A stretch of 64,000 nucleotides of DNA from Lytechinus pictus (GCF_037042905.1 NC_087245.1:6574001-6638000); one strand, 5' to 3'; numbered from the stretch's first letter, positions 13,301-29,800 are shown. Translations and numbers: made by a program. Notes: generated from the letters alone by a model not told the origin.

Positions 13301-16300
13301 GATGGTGTAAGTTGAACAGGATGATACATATTCTTATTTTGAGTAAAATGGAAAACATTCTAATGAAATCACAGACAGATCACTTGCTCTTAAGACATGA
13401 TATTTTCTCTTTGGATACAAGTTCAATGGTCATTTAGGGGATACATTCAGTTAAATATAAGGAGCAGTATCTGCACCTTTCACTATCACATACTGTAAAG
13501 CATATTTACTGTCCAAATAATACTTTTAAATGAAATAAATATTTTAAGTAAAATATATAATATTCTAATGAAATAACAGACAATCACTTGCTCTAAAGAC
13601 AGTTGAATACTTTAGTTTATGGATATTTCAATGGTCATTTAGGGGGTACATGCAGATATATGGAGCACAATATGGTTAGCTACATGTACCTTTCGTTACC
13701 ACATGCTGTAAAGCATATTCACTGTCCAAATAATACATTTAAATGAAATAAATATTTTAAGTTAAATAGAAAATATTATATTGAAATAACAGAAGATCAC
13801 TTGCTCTAAAGACATTTGATTACTTTAGTTTATGGATATTTCAATGGTCATTTAGGGGGTACATGCAGATATATGGAGCACAATATGGTTAGCTACATGT
13901 ACCTTTCGTTACCACATGCTGTAAAGCATATTAACTGTCCAAATAATACCTTTATGTTTTGGATTTTTTTGTTTAATAATAATGGTCTCTTAATGAAAAT
14001 GGATCCAATATATTTTCTACAACAGACCTTTGGTAATTTCTACGTTGTTTCTTCAAGGTGACTACTGGATAATGAATGATCTTCATATTGCATGACTGTG
14101 TACATAGTTTTGAATACGAGACTCTTTCTTATGCATAAAAAATAATCAAGAAACTTTTTAACATCTCAGTTTTACGAGAATGGCAAGTTAAAATGTAGGC
14201 CTTCTTCTCATAGAGAGTTAGTTCTTTTTTAACCAAACCACTTTAATTCATGTTTAGAATGCATGCCATGCTGTATAATTATTGAATTATTTAATCTTAA
14301 TGCAATCTGTTCTTTTCAATGACCATTTTGTATATTATTAGTTGAGATATTTATGTGAAGCACATAGAGACTTTGTGTATTATGCACTATAAAAATGTAA
14401 TTTTATTATTATTATTATTAATGGCAACATGTTTGGCATTGGTTAATACTTAAATCTAGTAGGGGTTTGGATTAAACTCTGAAATAATGAAATATTTTGA
14501 TTAGTTTGTGTTGAAAGCCAGTTGTCTAGAATTTTTCCATTCCTCAATAGATTGTGTTTTCAAATTCACTGATGTTCTTTTTTGTAATCACAAGGTTGTG
14601 ACTGGAATGGATATTTGCTTTAAAAATGAAGTCATTCCTAGTTGGCTTGTTATGTTATCCTTATGGTATTATTTTCCATGACAGATGGATGCTGTCTTTG
14701 AATCACTAGGACCTCTGTATTTTGGAGCAACTGTCACAGGTTTCAGGTATGTAAACTGTACTGTGGTATATTTAATAAGATACTTAATATGATGTAACCA
14801 ACCCAAATTACATACATGAAAAAAAATATGCTCTCCTTATTAAGATTTTGTGCTTCTGGTTCATGGGATAAAATGATGATTTATATGAATATAACTATAT
14901 CCAGAGATATTATTATTATTTTTTCAAGGAATGGAAGCATCACTACGCACTTCCAAGTTCAACTGAATAGTTTGATAGAAAGTAATGACACCAATCCTTT
15001 GATGGCTACTCAACAACTGATCAGTGATTCTATCAAGAATGGAGTAAAGAATGGGGTATTTGGAGACTTGCCTGTCATTAATGGATCTGTTGTTATATAT
15101 CAAGGTATTCCATCTACCATTGTTAAGTATTTCTCCCCATGGTACTGTCTGTTCATATTAAGAATATTTATGACACAATGATTTTCTTTGATTCTCTTAC
15201 ACTTCAATGACACTGTTCCATAACACTTTACTTCTCCTCACAATATGTGACCTATAACATCACAAACCAAGTTGTTGTTCCTATTGTAAGACGTCCTACA
15301 ATTTTTTTTAGTTTAGATAATTTGCGATGCCTAACATGTGCTTTTATGTAGATGAAGATTAGTGAATTAGGCCTTTTGAAATAATGTCAGGTATTAAGAT
15401 CAACTCCAGGTGGGCTTTTCCCAAACAAAATATAACATTTTTTTTTTTACTTTCTATGAAATCAGACTCAAGCTGTCCCTCAGATGGTGTTCAAACTATT
15501 CCTGCCTCGATGCCTTACTACATCATTTCTGAAAACTACCCAATGGACTATGATAATAACCTGAACTGTTTGTGGCTCCTCCAAGCTGATGCTAACCATT
15601 CTTTAGTCATTGACATCCTTGACTTCACATTGGAAAATGGATATGACTATCTCTACATTGGACTTGGTCACAATAAATCAACTAATAACTCTGTTGTCCT
15701 TGAGCTAACAGGATCTATGGCTCCTACAAGATACTATCTTGGAATGAAGTCATATTTGCAATTTTTATCTGATTCATCTGATTCACGATCTGGGTTCTTA
15801 TTGAATGTGACATCAATTCCATTTGAATGTAAGTATGAAGAGAGTCCTTATCTATTTCTACTGGTGATTGTTTTGTAAAATTGTGATTTAAATCTTAGTC
15901 TTGTATGAGGTTTCTTTGAAATATAACTTTTAACCTTAATCCTGGGTATATAATTGCTCCCCTTACGATCTCGGCTGTGGATTGTGTGATAGTGATACAA
16001 ATTTGCATGAGGGTAGAGAATGATAATGAGAATGGTAGAGAATGATATGATCTATGTGATGGCATACATATGTAGGTGCATTTTATAAAAATTGATATAT
16101 TTTACTTTACATGAATTAACTATCTTAATTTATTCATAAATTCTTACTTTTTGCTCTACTTCACTAAATGTGACCAGCTTCCCAATGCTAAAAAGAACTC
16201 GCCCAAAGATGAATTTTAAGATTTTCATTGAGTTTGAAAAAGTAGGTCCTGAGCTTTAAAGTAATATATACTAGCAGCTTGTGAAAACTGCTCTACAATT

Positions 16301-19300
16301 ACGTACACAAATAATAGAATGCACGAGAAACTATTAAGAGACAGCTTTCAAGAAATAAGTGGAAAACAATGTTGAAGTTCAGGTTTCACTCAAGTACTGC
16401 AAACTCGGTGAAACTTCAAAGCAGTCCACATAAACTTGTGTCTAAGCTAATCTTGTATCTTGCTTTCCGTTCAACTGTACACTTTCAATTCTGACAGTAT
16501 TTTAAAGAATAATTTATCTTCCAGATGAGTTTATTTTTTTAATTTTTGCTTTTTGAAGGCCATATTACTATTTTGGTTATTCACAGAGAACTTTTTTCTG
16601 GCAACTTTTTGTTGGTTTTGGGGTAGCTGTTCACAAATATACTCGTAGAATGCTGATTATCTTTATAGCATTCCTAACAATTGTAAATGAAAAGAATTTT
16701 GCTATCAAAATTATTTTTCTTTTTCTTTATTTTTTAATTTCTTAGGTCTTTTATCGTTTTACTTTTATTTATTTATTTATTTATTTATTTTTTTTTTTTT
16801 TGGGGGGGGCATTATTCGTTGGTGACATTACTTCAGCCATAAATAGCATCAAGTTAATTGACTTATCAATAAAAAAAAATTTAAATCACTCATTTTATAA
16901 ATATTATCTGAAAACACATATTGCATTGACTTTGTAAGTGAAAACAGGATTTTGAGCAATTTTTGGTCTTACCTGCATGTACATAATATTGTGAATTTTG
17001 TAACCACATACCAAGGCATCACTAATTTTGTCTCTTAAGTGTGCAAGACTTGAAAGTAGAAAGTCAGCTAGAGGCGTGGTTGACAATTTTGTGCAGCTGA
17101 TTTATTGCAAATAATGGAGGATAAGGGTTCAAAATAGTTTATTATGTCATATTGTCATATTTTTCTCCAATAACCCAATCTCTTTTTACACTCAAATGCC
17201 ACATTTTACTTCCATACTGTATCATCAGATTTATGCAACTCCTATAAACTAGTCCTTTCATCTTCAGAGAAAACCTTTCTTCATAGAAAAAAAAAGATAA
17301 ATTATTGGGGTTAGAATAGATTATCAAGTAAGTTTGTCACATTTTCTCCAATAATCCCCATCTTCTTCTTATTCTTTAAATGCCACATTTTACTCCCATA
17401 CTGTATCATCAAATTTATGCAACTCCTATAAACTAATCCTTTCATCTTCAGAGAAAACCCTTCCCCATATAACAACTCCACACAATCTCTATACTAGATC
17501 CATCCAAATTGATCTTTTCATATTTTTCCAGTAACTGAATCTTGTGATGCAGACCAGAGAGTTCTGGTAGGATCTAGTTGTGATGGAGTCATAGATTGTT
17601 TTGATAAATCAGATGAACTTGGATGTGGTAAGTCTGTTCCTTAGTTTAAGTATTATTTTTTATCTGGTTATTTATACAAAAAAAGAAGGTACATTAATGC
17701 ATAGTGGCAAGAGAATGAATAACTTGGCGGGGAATTTCATTGTCAACTTTTTTTACTGTGCCATAGGGTAATGTGTTGGTTAAGAGAAGAATTGAAAATT
17801 GGATTGTACACCCTTTTTAGATGCATTTTTTTAAATTGGTTTTGTTATTTACTTGATTAAAAATTGTAACTTAGAACGATTGCCCAGCAAAAAAGAAAGA
17901 TTTGTAGCTAAAATGTAGGCTTCCAACTCTTTCTTAAAGGGCAGTGACATCTTACCTGAGACTCCATTGAAGTTTCATTCTGTTTTTCTCTTATCTTATC
18001 TGTGCTAGTCTAAGCTCTAGTCTTAGGAGTTACGTGACCAGTATGTTATGTTCCTGTTAGTATATCAAGTTTATTTCACCAATTTTAGAGAAAAGTGATA
18101 TTACAAATACTTTAAGGGTTGGTAAATGAACACATTTAACTGACCAACTAATAAAGGTTATATAACATTGTAAAAAAAAGTATCTCATGCTGATTTTTAT
18201 TTGTTTTCTTGATGCCTCATGTCATTCACTTTGTTAAGAAAATGTTTGTGAGCTCTTGATACTAATAAAGTATGAAATTGATGTGATTAACATTTTTAAA
18301 GCAAATTCACAATTCCCAGTTCTGAAAAGATTTACAGCAAACTGATTCATTGATAGAATTATCACTGGGCAACAAAGCAAAGTACATGTATGTACATTTT
18401 ACAAATTACTTCTGATATTGACTATTGTAATTATTTCCAAGGATTTTTTTTACTTTCTATAATATCAGACTCAGGCTGTCCCACAGATGGTGTTCAAACT
18501 ATTTCCGCCTTGATGCCTTACAACATCATGTCTAAAAACTACCCAATGGACTATGATAATAACCTGAACTGTTTGTGGCTTCTCCAAGCTGATGCTAACC
18601 ATTCTTTAGTCATTGACATCCTTGACTTCACATTGGAAAGTGGATATGACTATCTCTACATTGGACTTGGTCACAATCAATCAAATGAGAACTCTGTTGT
18701 CCTTGAGCTTACTGGATCTATAACTACAACAAGATATTATCTTGGAATGAAGTTGTATCTTCAATTTTTATCTGATTCATCTGTTTCACGATCTGGGTTC
18801 TCATTGAATGTGACATCAATTCCATTTGAATGTAAGTATGTTATGAGTGTGAAGTCTTGCACAAATTTGGAGACCAAATTTGCGACTTACGGGTATATCA
18901 TGGTAACGCCATTTGACTTTCTAAAGGACAATGTTAAGCCGAAAAAAGCTGATTTTTATACTTTTTGTACAAAGTCTTTGGGAGATGAAATTCATAAAAG
19001 GTGATTATTTTTATTTCTATTTGGACTGCTTCATTAAATTAGGGTTCGATTTAAATGTGGAATGGGCTGCAAAAATTTCCAATGAAAACAAAAGATAAAA
19101 AAACAAAGAAATGCTAAAAAAAAAGGAAAGAAATGTATCAGGGAAAATTCGGTTTTTGCATTTCTTCTTTATTGAAAATTTGACATGAAATTACAGAGAG
19201 GACATCTAGGAAAAAAATAGAATATGAAGTTAAATTGGCTGTCTAATATCATATGTTTTTCACATTGAATGAATTTACATATTTTTTTTCTAATAAAAAA

Positions 19301-20163
19301 AAAGATTATACATGTACTTGTTCATAGTTAATGTGGTAAGGAATATGCGTGCCAAATTTTGGCGCGATTGCGTGAAGGGCTGGCGGCCGTGATCAGAAGG
19401 GAGTTCATTATGGCCCCACCTTGTTCCTCAAAATCATCTTAAACAGCCCAGTCCTTTAACCCAATGGGACTGGGTTATTTGAGATGTATTGAGGACTGGG
19501 GGGCCATGATGGCCCCCTCCCTTTCTGATCTCGGCCGCCGTTCGTGCAATCGCGCCAAAATTTGGCACGCACATTCTTTACCACATAAACTACAAGCTAG
19601 TATAAAAGAAATTTCTGAAAAAAAAATGTTTTAAATTTTTATGAATAAAATATGCAAATTTATTCATGAAAAACAATATTTGCATATTTAACACCCTATT
19701 TCACTTCAAATTTTCTTCTTTTTTTACAGATGTCATCTTTGTAATTTAATTAAAAGTTTTCCACAAAGAAAATTTGCGAAAGCCAATTTTTTCCTCATGT
19801 ATTTCTTTGGTTTTAGAATTTTTATGTATTTCTTGTAATTTTTCTTTTGTTTTTCAATTTTTTTTCATTGGAAATTATTACAGACCATTTAACAACTAAA
19901 TTAAACCTTGAATTAATTAAGCAGACCAATAATATAATCTCCCATAGGCTTTGTACACAGAGTACGAAAATGAGCCATTTTGAGCATGACATTGCCTTGT
20001 AAAAAGTCATGTGATGCGCGATGGTACATTGTATACCTGTATGTCGCAAATTTGGTCTCAAAAGTTGCGCAAGACTTCAAAGAAAAAAGTCATACAATTT
20101 TGAGGCGCTATCTTCTTGCGTTTCAAAAATATCGTGTGAAGCGTCGAGGGCCATCATGCCGCC

Positions 20164-20202
<39 letters not shown>

Positions 20203-23200
20203 TCCTTCAGAGTTCAGAGAAGATTAAAACAAACTTGTAATGTGGAAAGAGAGTGGGAAAATGACGAAAGTAAGAGAGAAGGAAAACATTCAAAAGGCCG
20301 GTAATAGAAATAAGCTGCTATAAGAAAGAATGAAAAGAGTGTGTATTACATATAGTCTTTCCTCAAAAAGTTCTTTCAAATAATTGAAATGGATTCCAGG
20401 AATTTTTTCTTTGAAACGCATAAGCATGTAGTAGCTGCTGTAATTTATAATACTGCATTTAATCTAGAATGCATTTAGGGTTCTAATAAGGGAAGTGATG
20501 AATGTTTTATGAGTATGATTCTTATTGAAATATGAAATTTTGATATCAGGATTTTTTAAGATATTTTATTACAAGTAATATTTTTGTATTTTTTTCCAGT
20601 AACTGAATCATGTGATGCAGACCAGAGAGTTCTTGAAGGATCTTATTGTGATGGAGTCATGGATTGTTTTGATAAGTCAGATGAATTTGAATGCGGTAAG
20701 TCTTATTATTTTCATAATTTTTAGTTTAGTGTTACTATTTGAATTAGCATTTTGTATGTAAATAATACATGTAGGTTTATTTATATATTGGTGCAAGAGC
20801 TTTTTTTAGGGGGAATTTCTGTTTAAATTTTTTTCTCTGTCTCTAAAAGAGAATTTGTTTGTTAAAAGAAAGACTGAAAAATATATGTCCATTAGAAGAG
20901 TGACACGGTTTAGTGCTGTTTTATAAAAGTAGTCCTTTCTAGCAGTCTCTTTGCTGGACTTTATCTCTTTTATTTCATGAACCCTTACAATCCCTGGTGT
21001 TTTGAGTCTTGTCTGTCTGGGGGAGGAGAATTATTCCTCTCCCCCCTTTAAGATATTGGTCGCTGATCTTGCGACCACAAAAATGATATAAACTTTGCAA
21101 TTGATCGAAATTTCACTCAATGTATATATTTTCTACGAATTAATTATGCTTATTTATGTACAAAATAATACTGGCCATTATTCACTAAATAAAGTTGCTA
21201 GAATACTTTTTTTTTTATTGTGGATATTATTTCTGGCAAAATCTTGGTACTAAAATTGGTTGTTTTTCATTGTTTTTAATTTCTTCTATCTATCTTTGTG
21301 TTTTTAACTTTTGATTTTTACAATTTTTTCAATGATTTTTTGTGAGGGCTTGCATGCCTCCAGGCAACAGTGTTGAATTTTAATTTGCGAGCCCTGGCCC
21401 ATAGAAAATCCTTTTAGTGAGGATGCAAAATGACCTCACAATTTTGCACGATAAATTTGTAATATGAAAAGTTCATATGAATTTCATGATATTTTTTGTT
21501 GTCTTACTCAACTTTTGAGAACAATTTTTTTCCAAAGTTATGCAATATTTTGCAAGAACATATTACACCTGAAATTGCTCAAAATGATGCTCAAGTGGTT
21601 ATGTATTTTCACACCCAACTTTGTGGTTGCTTTTATTTGCTATTTATTGATTTTCCAGCTTATTAAGGATTGGTTGGGCAGCCAATTTTTATTTCATTTA
21701 GGTAAAAACAATTCTGATTGTATGTCCTTGTTGCCTCATTCATGTTTATCTTTAATAATAGTACAAAAAAGTTGCTATGCTTGTTTTCCTTCTTCTCCTG
21801 GAAACAGTACAGGCCACTGGCTGGTGTATTGTCGTACTGCTTGTCAATTACTAGAAGATAGATACAAAATTGATGTTAATTTAAGTTGGAAATTCAATTT
21901 ATTAATGTCAATGCTGAACTGAATGACAGCAAAGTGATTCATCAACTAACATTTTGTTTCTTTTCTTTTATTTTGATTATTAGGTACAAGCTGCCCCTCT
22001 AACAATAGTATTCAGACTATTCCTTCCTCGATGCCTTACTCCATCATTTCTGACAACTACCCTTTTAATTACAACAATAATTTTGAGTGTTTTTGGCTTC
22101 TCCAAGCTGCTGCTAACCATTCTTTAGTCATTGATGTCTTGGTCTTCACATTGGAAAGTGGATATGACTATCTCTACATTGGACTTGGTCACAACCAATC
22201 AACTAATAACTCTGTTGTCCTTGAGCTTACTGGATCTATAGCCCCAACGAGATACTATCTTGGAATGAGGTCATATCTTCAATTTGTATCTGATTCTTCT
22301 ATTTCACGGTCCGGTTTCTTATTAAAAGTGGCATCCATTACATTAGAATGTAAGTAGGCAGGGTTGTGTTAAAAATTCAAAGTTACTAAAGATGTAAGAA
22401 CAAAATAGATCTTGATAATAATTGTTATGAAAATAGTGGTAGTTGTAGCATTAGTATGGGAAGTACTGCTGTCACTATCAATGTCATAGTATTGGTAATG
22501 ATAAAGCAGTAGTACATATAGGAGTAGTAATGATAGTTGAAGTAGTGGCAGCAGCAGTAATACTAGTAGTTGTTAGTAGTAGTTGTTAGTAGTAAATATA
22601 GTATTAGTATTAGTAGTAGTAGTAGTAGTTGTTAATAGTAATTATAGTAGTAGTAGTAGTAGTAGGAAGTAGAAGTGGAGTGTTGCTGCCTTGTCAATTA
22701 GTCTCCTGATTTTGAAAAAGAAGGTCATACACATGTAGGTTTGCATGTAAATCTAAGCCTTTGCGTAGTTTCCTTCTGCAAGAAATTAATCCACATTGTG
22801 CTGCACTCAACCCAGATGAGGTAAATGGGTAGCTGGCACAAATTTTATTCCTTGAAATGTTTTTAGACAGGACGTATTATGGTATCACACTCGGTGTCCG
22901 TCCGTCCGTCTGTCTGTTAATTTTTCCTTGTAAACGCAATAACTTCAGTTTGACTTAAAGGGGAATGAAACCTTTGGAATAAGTGTAGGCTTGTGTGGAA
23001 ACAGAAAAATCAAAGAATAAGAACAAAGAAAGTTTGAGAAAAATCAGACAAATAATGAGAAAGTTATGAGCATTTGAATATTGCAATCACTAATGCTATG
23101 GAGATCCTCCAATTGGCAATGCGACAAGGATGTGTGATGTCACATGTGAACAACTTTCCCTTTGATGGACTCTAAAATACCCTAAAAATGTCTCTTATTT

Positions 23201-26200
23201 CTGCTTTTTCTTGTGGTGATACAAACTCTTTATCCATGATGGATACATGCCTAGCTCCTATAGAAAGAACACATGATCTACTGATAGATGTGATAAAAGA
23301 GGCAATTTAAGTGATATATAGTAAAGTAATGGGGAGAGTTGTTCACAAGTGACATCACACATCTTTGTCGCATTGCCAATTTGAGGATCTCCATAGCATT
23401 AGTGATCGCAATATTCAAATGCTCATAACTTTCTAATTATTTGTCCGATTTTTCTCAAAATTTCGTTGATCTGTTTCTTTGATTTTTCTGTTTTCACACA
23501 AGCTATCTTGTTCCAAAGGTTTCATTCTCCTTTAAACTAGGCTCATATAATTTGGTGTGTATGATACTAGCATGGATCCCAGGAAGCCTTTTGATTTTGA
23601 GGTCAATGTCACACTGACATGTTTTCATCTTACGCTTCTGAAGTCCTTGTAAATGTGATAACTTCAGTTCAACTTAACCTAGGCTCATATAATTTGGTGT
23701 GTATGATACTAGCATGCATCCCAGGAAGCCTATTGATTTTGAGGTCCAAAGGTCTTGGTCACAGTGACATGTTTTCATCTTACCCTTCTGCAGTCCTTGT
23801 AAACGCGATAACTTTAGTTTGACTTAACTAGGCTCATATAATTTGATGTGTATGATACTAGCATGGACCCCAGGAAGCCTTTTGAATTTGAGGTGAAAAG
23901 GTCAAAGGTCAAGGTCACACTGACATTTTTCCCTCTAATACCCTTATGAAGTCCTTATAACCGTGATACATGTAACTTTAGTTTATTAACTTAACCTAGG
24001 CTAATATAATTTGGTGTGTATGATACTAGAATAGATCCCAGGAAGCCTATTGATTTTGAGGTCAGAAGGTCAAAGATGAAGTTGTCACCTTCCACTTTTC
24101 TTGCTTGACAAATAACTCTATTTACCCCGTTACAGGCGGGCGTATTATGTGCTCGCCTTAGCGACACTCTTGTTCACTGTAAACATTTTCTTCCCTTACA
24201 AGAGACCTTACAATCATAATGTGATATGCATTATACAAGATGTGCTTATTATTTGTATAAGTAGTATTAGTAGTAGAAGCAGTAGTAGTAGTTGTGGTTG
24301 TGGTACTGGTAATGATGCTACCTCTTGTCGCTGTTGTTGTATTCAGCGTAAGAAGTAGCAGAAATAGAAGTTATGATAGCAGTATTTCTTTTTATTTCTT
24401 AAAAGATTGTGATACCAATATATGGTCTGAATTCTATCTGAACTTGACATTCATTCCCTAATATTATAAGTTGAAAGAGGAACAGTATTTTTTCAAATAA
24501 TATCTATCCCTCAAAATTATCATTGTAAAAATTGATTTTCTCCAGTAACTGAATCTTGTGACGCAGACCAGAGAGTTCTTGAAGGATCTAAGTGTGATGG
24601 AGTCATAGATTGTTTTGATAATTCAGATGAATTTGGATGTGGTAGGTTAATCAATGTCTTCTTAACTATACTTACTTATTTAGTTTCAGTCATTTTATTA
24701 GTATTTTGTTCAAAAATTATATTTCCTTGTCCTGATGATCTTTCCATCGTTCGCGCAATCATGCAAAACTTGGCACGCATATTCTTTACCACATTAACTC
24801 CACGCCAGTAAAAAAAAATCAGAAAATAATTATTTTTTATTTATTAATGCAAATTACAAAAATTTGTGAAAAAACATTTTCATATTTAACACCCAATATC
24901 ACAAATCAATTTTTTTTTTTCCAGGTGTCATCTTTGTAATTTTATTTCACTTTTCATTATGCACACCGGTCGACATGATTCCTTTGCATTTTTGCACAAC
25001 CATGCATTTCTGTATGGATTGATGCCCCATTTGTCTGGGTAGTTTCAGAGATTTGTTTTGAATCTAATCTAATTTTGTTTTGAATTGGATTTATACCGTC
25101 AAATGCTTGAAAATCTCTGTTTGAAAAAGTATCGATGTTTAACAGTTTAATTTGTTTCAATCCTAATCTAGCTAATATTTCACTCTCGGCTGGAGAAATA
25201 TACAATCTGACATCACCTGGATATCCTTCCACTTATGACAACAATCTTAACTTGGTATGGACCATATTAGCACCTTCAGATTATCGCATCATCATCTATA
25301 CAACAGACATCAGCACGGAACTTGAATATGATTTTCTTTATATTGGCGAAGGATTGACCTTTGACCTCAACAATCTCTTAATGGAGTTTACAGGGTCTGA
25401 TGATAGGAGTTTACAAGTTCTTCTGCCTGGGAATAAAGCTTTTATCAGCTTCACTAGTGACTATAGTACTACAAGACAGGGATTCTTCCTTGAAATATCA
25501 ACTTCTGATCAACCAGGTAGGTTAGAGGAGGTGTACATGTATGTTAGAGCATGAGAAAAAATATGTCAAGAATATTAAAGACAACACATAATAATGTATG
25601 TTAGAGCATGAGAAAAAAATATGTCAAGAATATTAAAGACAACACATAATTTTGCAGTTATATGTACATGTATCAGATGTCATTTTCTTCTTCTGAATAG
25701 ACCAAACTTGTGGGACTAACTATCAAGCATTCTGTAATTATTTACTATTGAATGTTTGCAAACTTTTGAACACAATCTTGAAGTTTATTTTAGCTGAGCA
25801 AATTAGACTACTTCATGTATTAGGGTCATGAAAGCGCATCTGTGTTGGTTGGAAATAAGGTAAAGTTTACTTTTGTTCTCAACACATAAAGAAAAAATCT
25901 GAAGAATTACCTCAAATTTTTTGGCTGCTAACTGCAGCCTTCCTCCGCGATGACCGATGTGACCTGATTTGACCTAGTGACATAATGAATGATAATCGGG
26001 TCATAGAACGTTCACTAAGGGCCAGATTTCTTGGACATCGACGCCTTAGCTCCTCTTTGGAGTATCGCAGCACAATCACATCGAATCGCCTGGACATCAC
26101 ATTGACATTAACAAGGTACAAGTGCTGGACAGGTAGCCGCGGTACTTTGAGAGAGGAGTGAAAGAAGCGATCTACATCCAGACATTCTCTCAACAGTGAC

Positions 26201-26778
26201 GGGGGTGATACAAGCTTCCAAGTGTCTACAACCCTATTATCGATCACTACGTCATTTCAAATTGGTTCACATCAGTTATCTCTAAGGAAAGTGCCGTTAG
26301 CAGCCAAAAATTTTGGCAAAGGGTACTAAAAGGGAAGCGCGATAGTATGAGAAATCTGCATAAACTGATTTTGTACCATGTTACAATTCAAAGCTTTTCT
26401 GAGAATGCAGGCCTATAAGTGTACATGTACACTATTATTATTATTATTGTGGTACTTGTATGTATATGTTATTATTTGTTTCAGCCGGTGATTGTGGGAA
26501 ATCTCTTATGTCCTGTAACTCATCAGATGTCTGTATTTCTGCCTCAGCGTTTTGCGATAGTCTATCTGATTGCCTTAATGAAGATGATGAGATAAATTGT
26601 GGTATGTAGAATAGTTTATGATAAAATCATTCCTTACGTCATCTTTAGCTAGTACATCCTTGCTTCCGATATCTTAGTGAACTCACCAGGCAATTGTGAT
26701 ATAATTCAGTTTTTTAAATTTAATTTTTGTCTCACCTGCATAGCAGAGTGAGACTATAGGCGCCGCTTTTCCGACGGC

Positions 26779-26809
<31 letters not shown>

Positions 26810-29800
26810 GCGGCGGCGGCGTCAACACCAAATCTTAACCTGAGGTTAAGTTTTTGAAATGACAGCATAACTTAGAAAGTATATGGACCTAGTTCATGAA
26901 ACTTGGCCATAAGGTTAATCAAGTATTACTGAACATCCTGCCTGAGTTTCATGTCACATGACCAAGGTCAAAGGTCATTTAGGGTCAATGAACTTAGACC
27001 ATGTTGGGGGAATCAACATCAAAATCTTAACCTAAGGTTAAGTTTTTGAAATGTCATCATAACTTAGAAAATATATGGACCTAGTTCATGAAACTTATAC
27101 ATAATGTTAATCAAGTATCACTGAACATCCTGCATGAGTTTCACGTCACATGACCAAGGTCAAAGGTCATTTAGGGTCAATGAACTTTGGCCGAATTGGG
27201 GTATTTGTTGAATTACCATCATAACTTTGAAAGTTTATGGATCTGATTCATGAAACTTGGACATAATAGTAATCAAGTATTACTGAACATCCTGTGCAAG
27301 TTTCAGGTCACATGATCAAGGTCAAAGGTCATTTAGGGTCAATGAACTTTGGTCAAATTGGGGTATTTGTTGAATTACAGCCATAAATTTGAAAGTGTGT
27401 TGGTCTAGTTCATAAAACTTGGACATAATAGTAATCAAGTATCACTGAACATCCTGTGCGAGTTTCAGGTCACATGATCAAGGTCAAAGGTCATGTAAGG
27501 TCAAAGAACTTTGGCCACGTTGGGGGTATTTGTTGAATTGCCATCATATCTCTATAAGTGTATTGGTCTAGTTCATAAAACGTGGAAATAAGAGTAACCA
27601 AGTATCACTGAACATCTTGTGCGAGTTATAGTAGTTTTCAAAATCAGCACTGCTGCTATATTGAATCGCGTGATGCAGGTGAGACGGCCAGAGGCATTCC
27701 ACTTGTTACCATTTCAGCTACAGTAATGAGAGTTATTAGATAATCCAAAGACACATATGTAGGAACTAGGATGGAAATAAATGAAAAGAAGATGGATGAA
27801 GTGATTGTAGGCATTCTGAAAAACAAAGAAGCAAATTGTATAAGAATAAGAGAGGAGATTAAGATATCAATGTATCATAGCTAATTTATTTCACTATTCA
27901 TTTTGTGTGTACAGGTATGCTTGTATTTGTTTATTTGTTTAGGTAATATAATAATCCTATTTATAATTTGTTTTCCATAACTTCAGATGCCAGCTGTCCG
28001 TCAGATGGTCTTGAAACTATTCCTGCATCAACACCTTTATCCATCATTTCTGACAACTACCCTATAGCCTATAGCAATTTAATCAAGTGCTTATGGCTTC
28101 TCCAAGCTGAAGTTGACCATTCCCTGGTGATTGACATCCTTGACTTCACATTGGAAAGTGGATATGACTACCTCTACATTGGACTTGGACACAATCGATT
28201 AGATGAGAACTCTGTTGTCCTTGAGCTTACTGGATCTGTAACTCCAACAAGGTACTATCTTGGAATGCAGACATATCTCTACTTTGTTACAGATTCTACA
28301 CGGACGCGATCTGGGTTCTCATTGAATGTGACATCAATTCCATTTGAATGTAAGTATGGAAAGATTTTGTTTACAAATCAATCATCTTCTCTAAAGTGAC
28401 AGTTGATAAAAGTAAACAAAACATCTCAAATAATCAATGGTGACTTACTCTTTAGCTTTAATAAAAACATTGGTAATGTTAACTACACTTAAGTAACATC
28501 AAACGTTGGAATGTTACAAATGCGTAGCAGTCATTAAATGATTAGAATAAGAATATGACCTTTTTCGTCAATTAGGATTTAAAAGTAAATGTAAAAAGTT
28601 GCAGTTGAAATAGGCCCATTTTGTATCCTTTCTCTATACCTTGGAAAGGAGCTGGGCAACATTTACCCGTCTTGCAGCTTTTCAGATCAACTACATTTGT
28701 AGATACCTATGAATTTAAGATACAGTGTATGAATGTAGTGATCGAGGCTGAAATGATGGATCCATATCACTATTTCTAACTGAAGTAAACTCAGATTACT
28801 GTAACCTGTTAATGCCTGAGATAACTTGGTCTAGGGTGTATAATAAAAAAGTAGGGATATAGTTTGTAAATTCACCCTTTCTCATTTTTCTATAGTAACT
28901 GAATCTTGTGATGTAGACCAGAGAGTTCCAATAGGATCTGATTGTGATGGAGTAATAGATTGTTTTGATAATTCAGATGAACTTGGATGTGGTAAGTTTA
29001 AAATACCAACTTTACGATTTTGGCTCATGTATGCATATGGGAATGATATTGTTTTCATCAGATTTGGGGGTCATTGGGTCAAAGGTCTCACACATGAATA
29101 AATGAAAGAAAATTGCCCTTCTGAAAATAAGAAGACTTGACAATTCAAAGGTTCAAACTTGCTATCTGATGTAGGGGTTACAAGGTTCTGGTAATATTTA
29201 GCAGTCAGAAGGTCTGTACTTGGAGAGGTCAATCTACACATAGACGTTTTAACAATGTTACAACTTGCTCATATTGTAGACCTATTAGCAAAATAAGAAG
29301 ACTTGACAATTCAAAAGTTCAAACTTGCTCTCTGATGTAGGGGTTAAAAGGATCTGGTTATATTTAGTAGTCATAAGGTCTGAAGTTGTAGAGGTCAATA
29401 AACAAATAAATAGTTCAACAATGCTACAACCTGTTGTTATATTCATATGATCCATGTGACATTGATGATGTCATCAGATTTGGGGTCACAGGTCATCAAG
29501 AATGAAAATGGCTCATATTTTGTTTAACTTGATAGATATAATAAGTAAATCAAATTTAAACATGGTTTTTGTATGCATATTGGACTGATAGTCGGATTGG
29601 ATATCCTGAAAGTAGTGTGCAAATTTAAATATTAAATTTGTCCCCCCAAAATGTGGCCTTGGTGGAGGTGTGAAATTTGACTGCTTGAGTTGAGAAAATA
29701 ATTGATTTGAAATTGCCTGTATCTCTTGACTTAAAGAATGTGTATTGCAATAGAACTTTATATACAGCAGGTAATTGCATGAAATATTCAAATTCATTGA

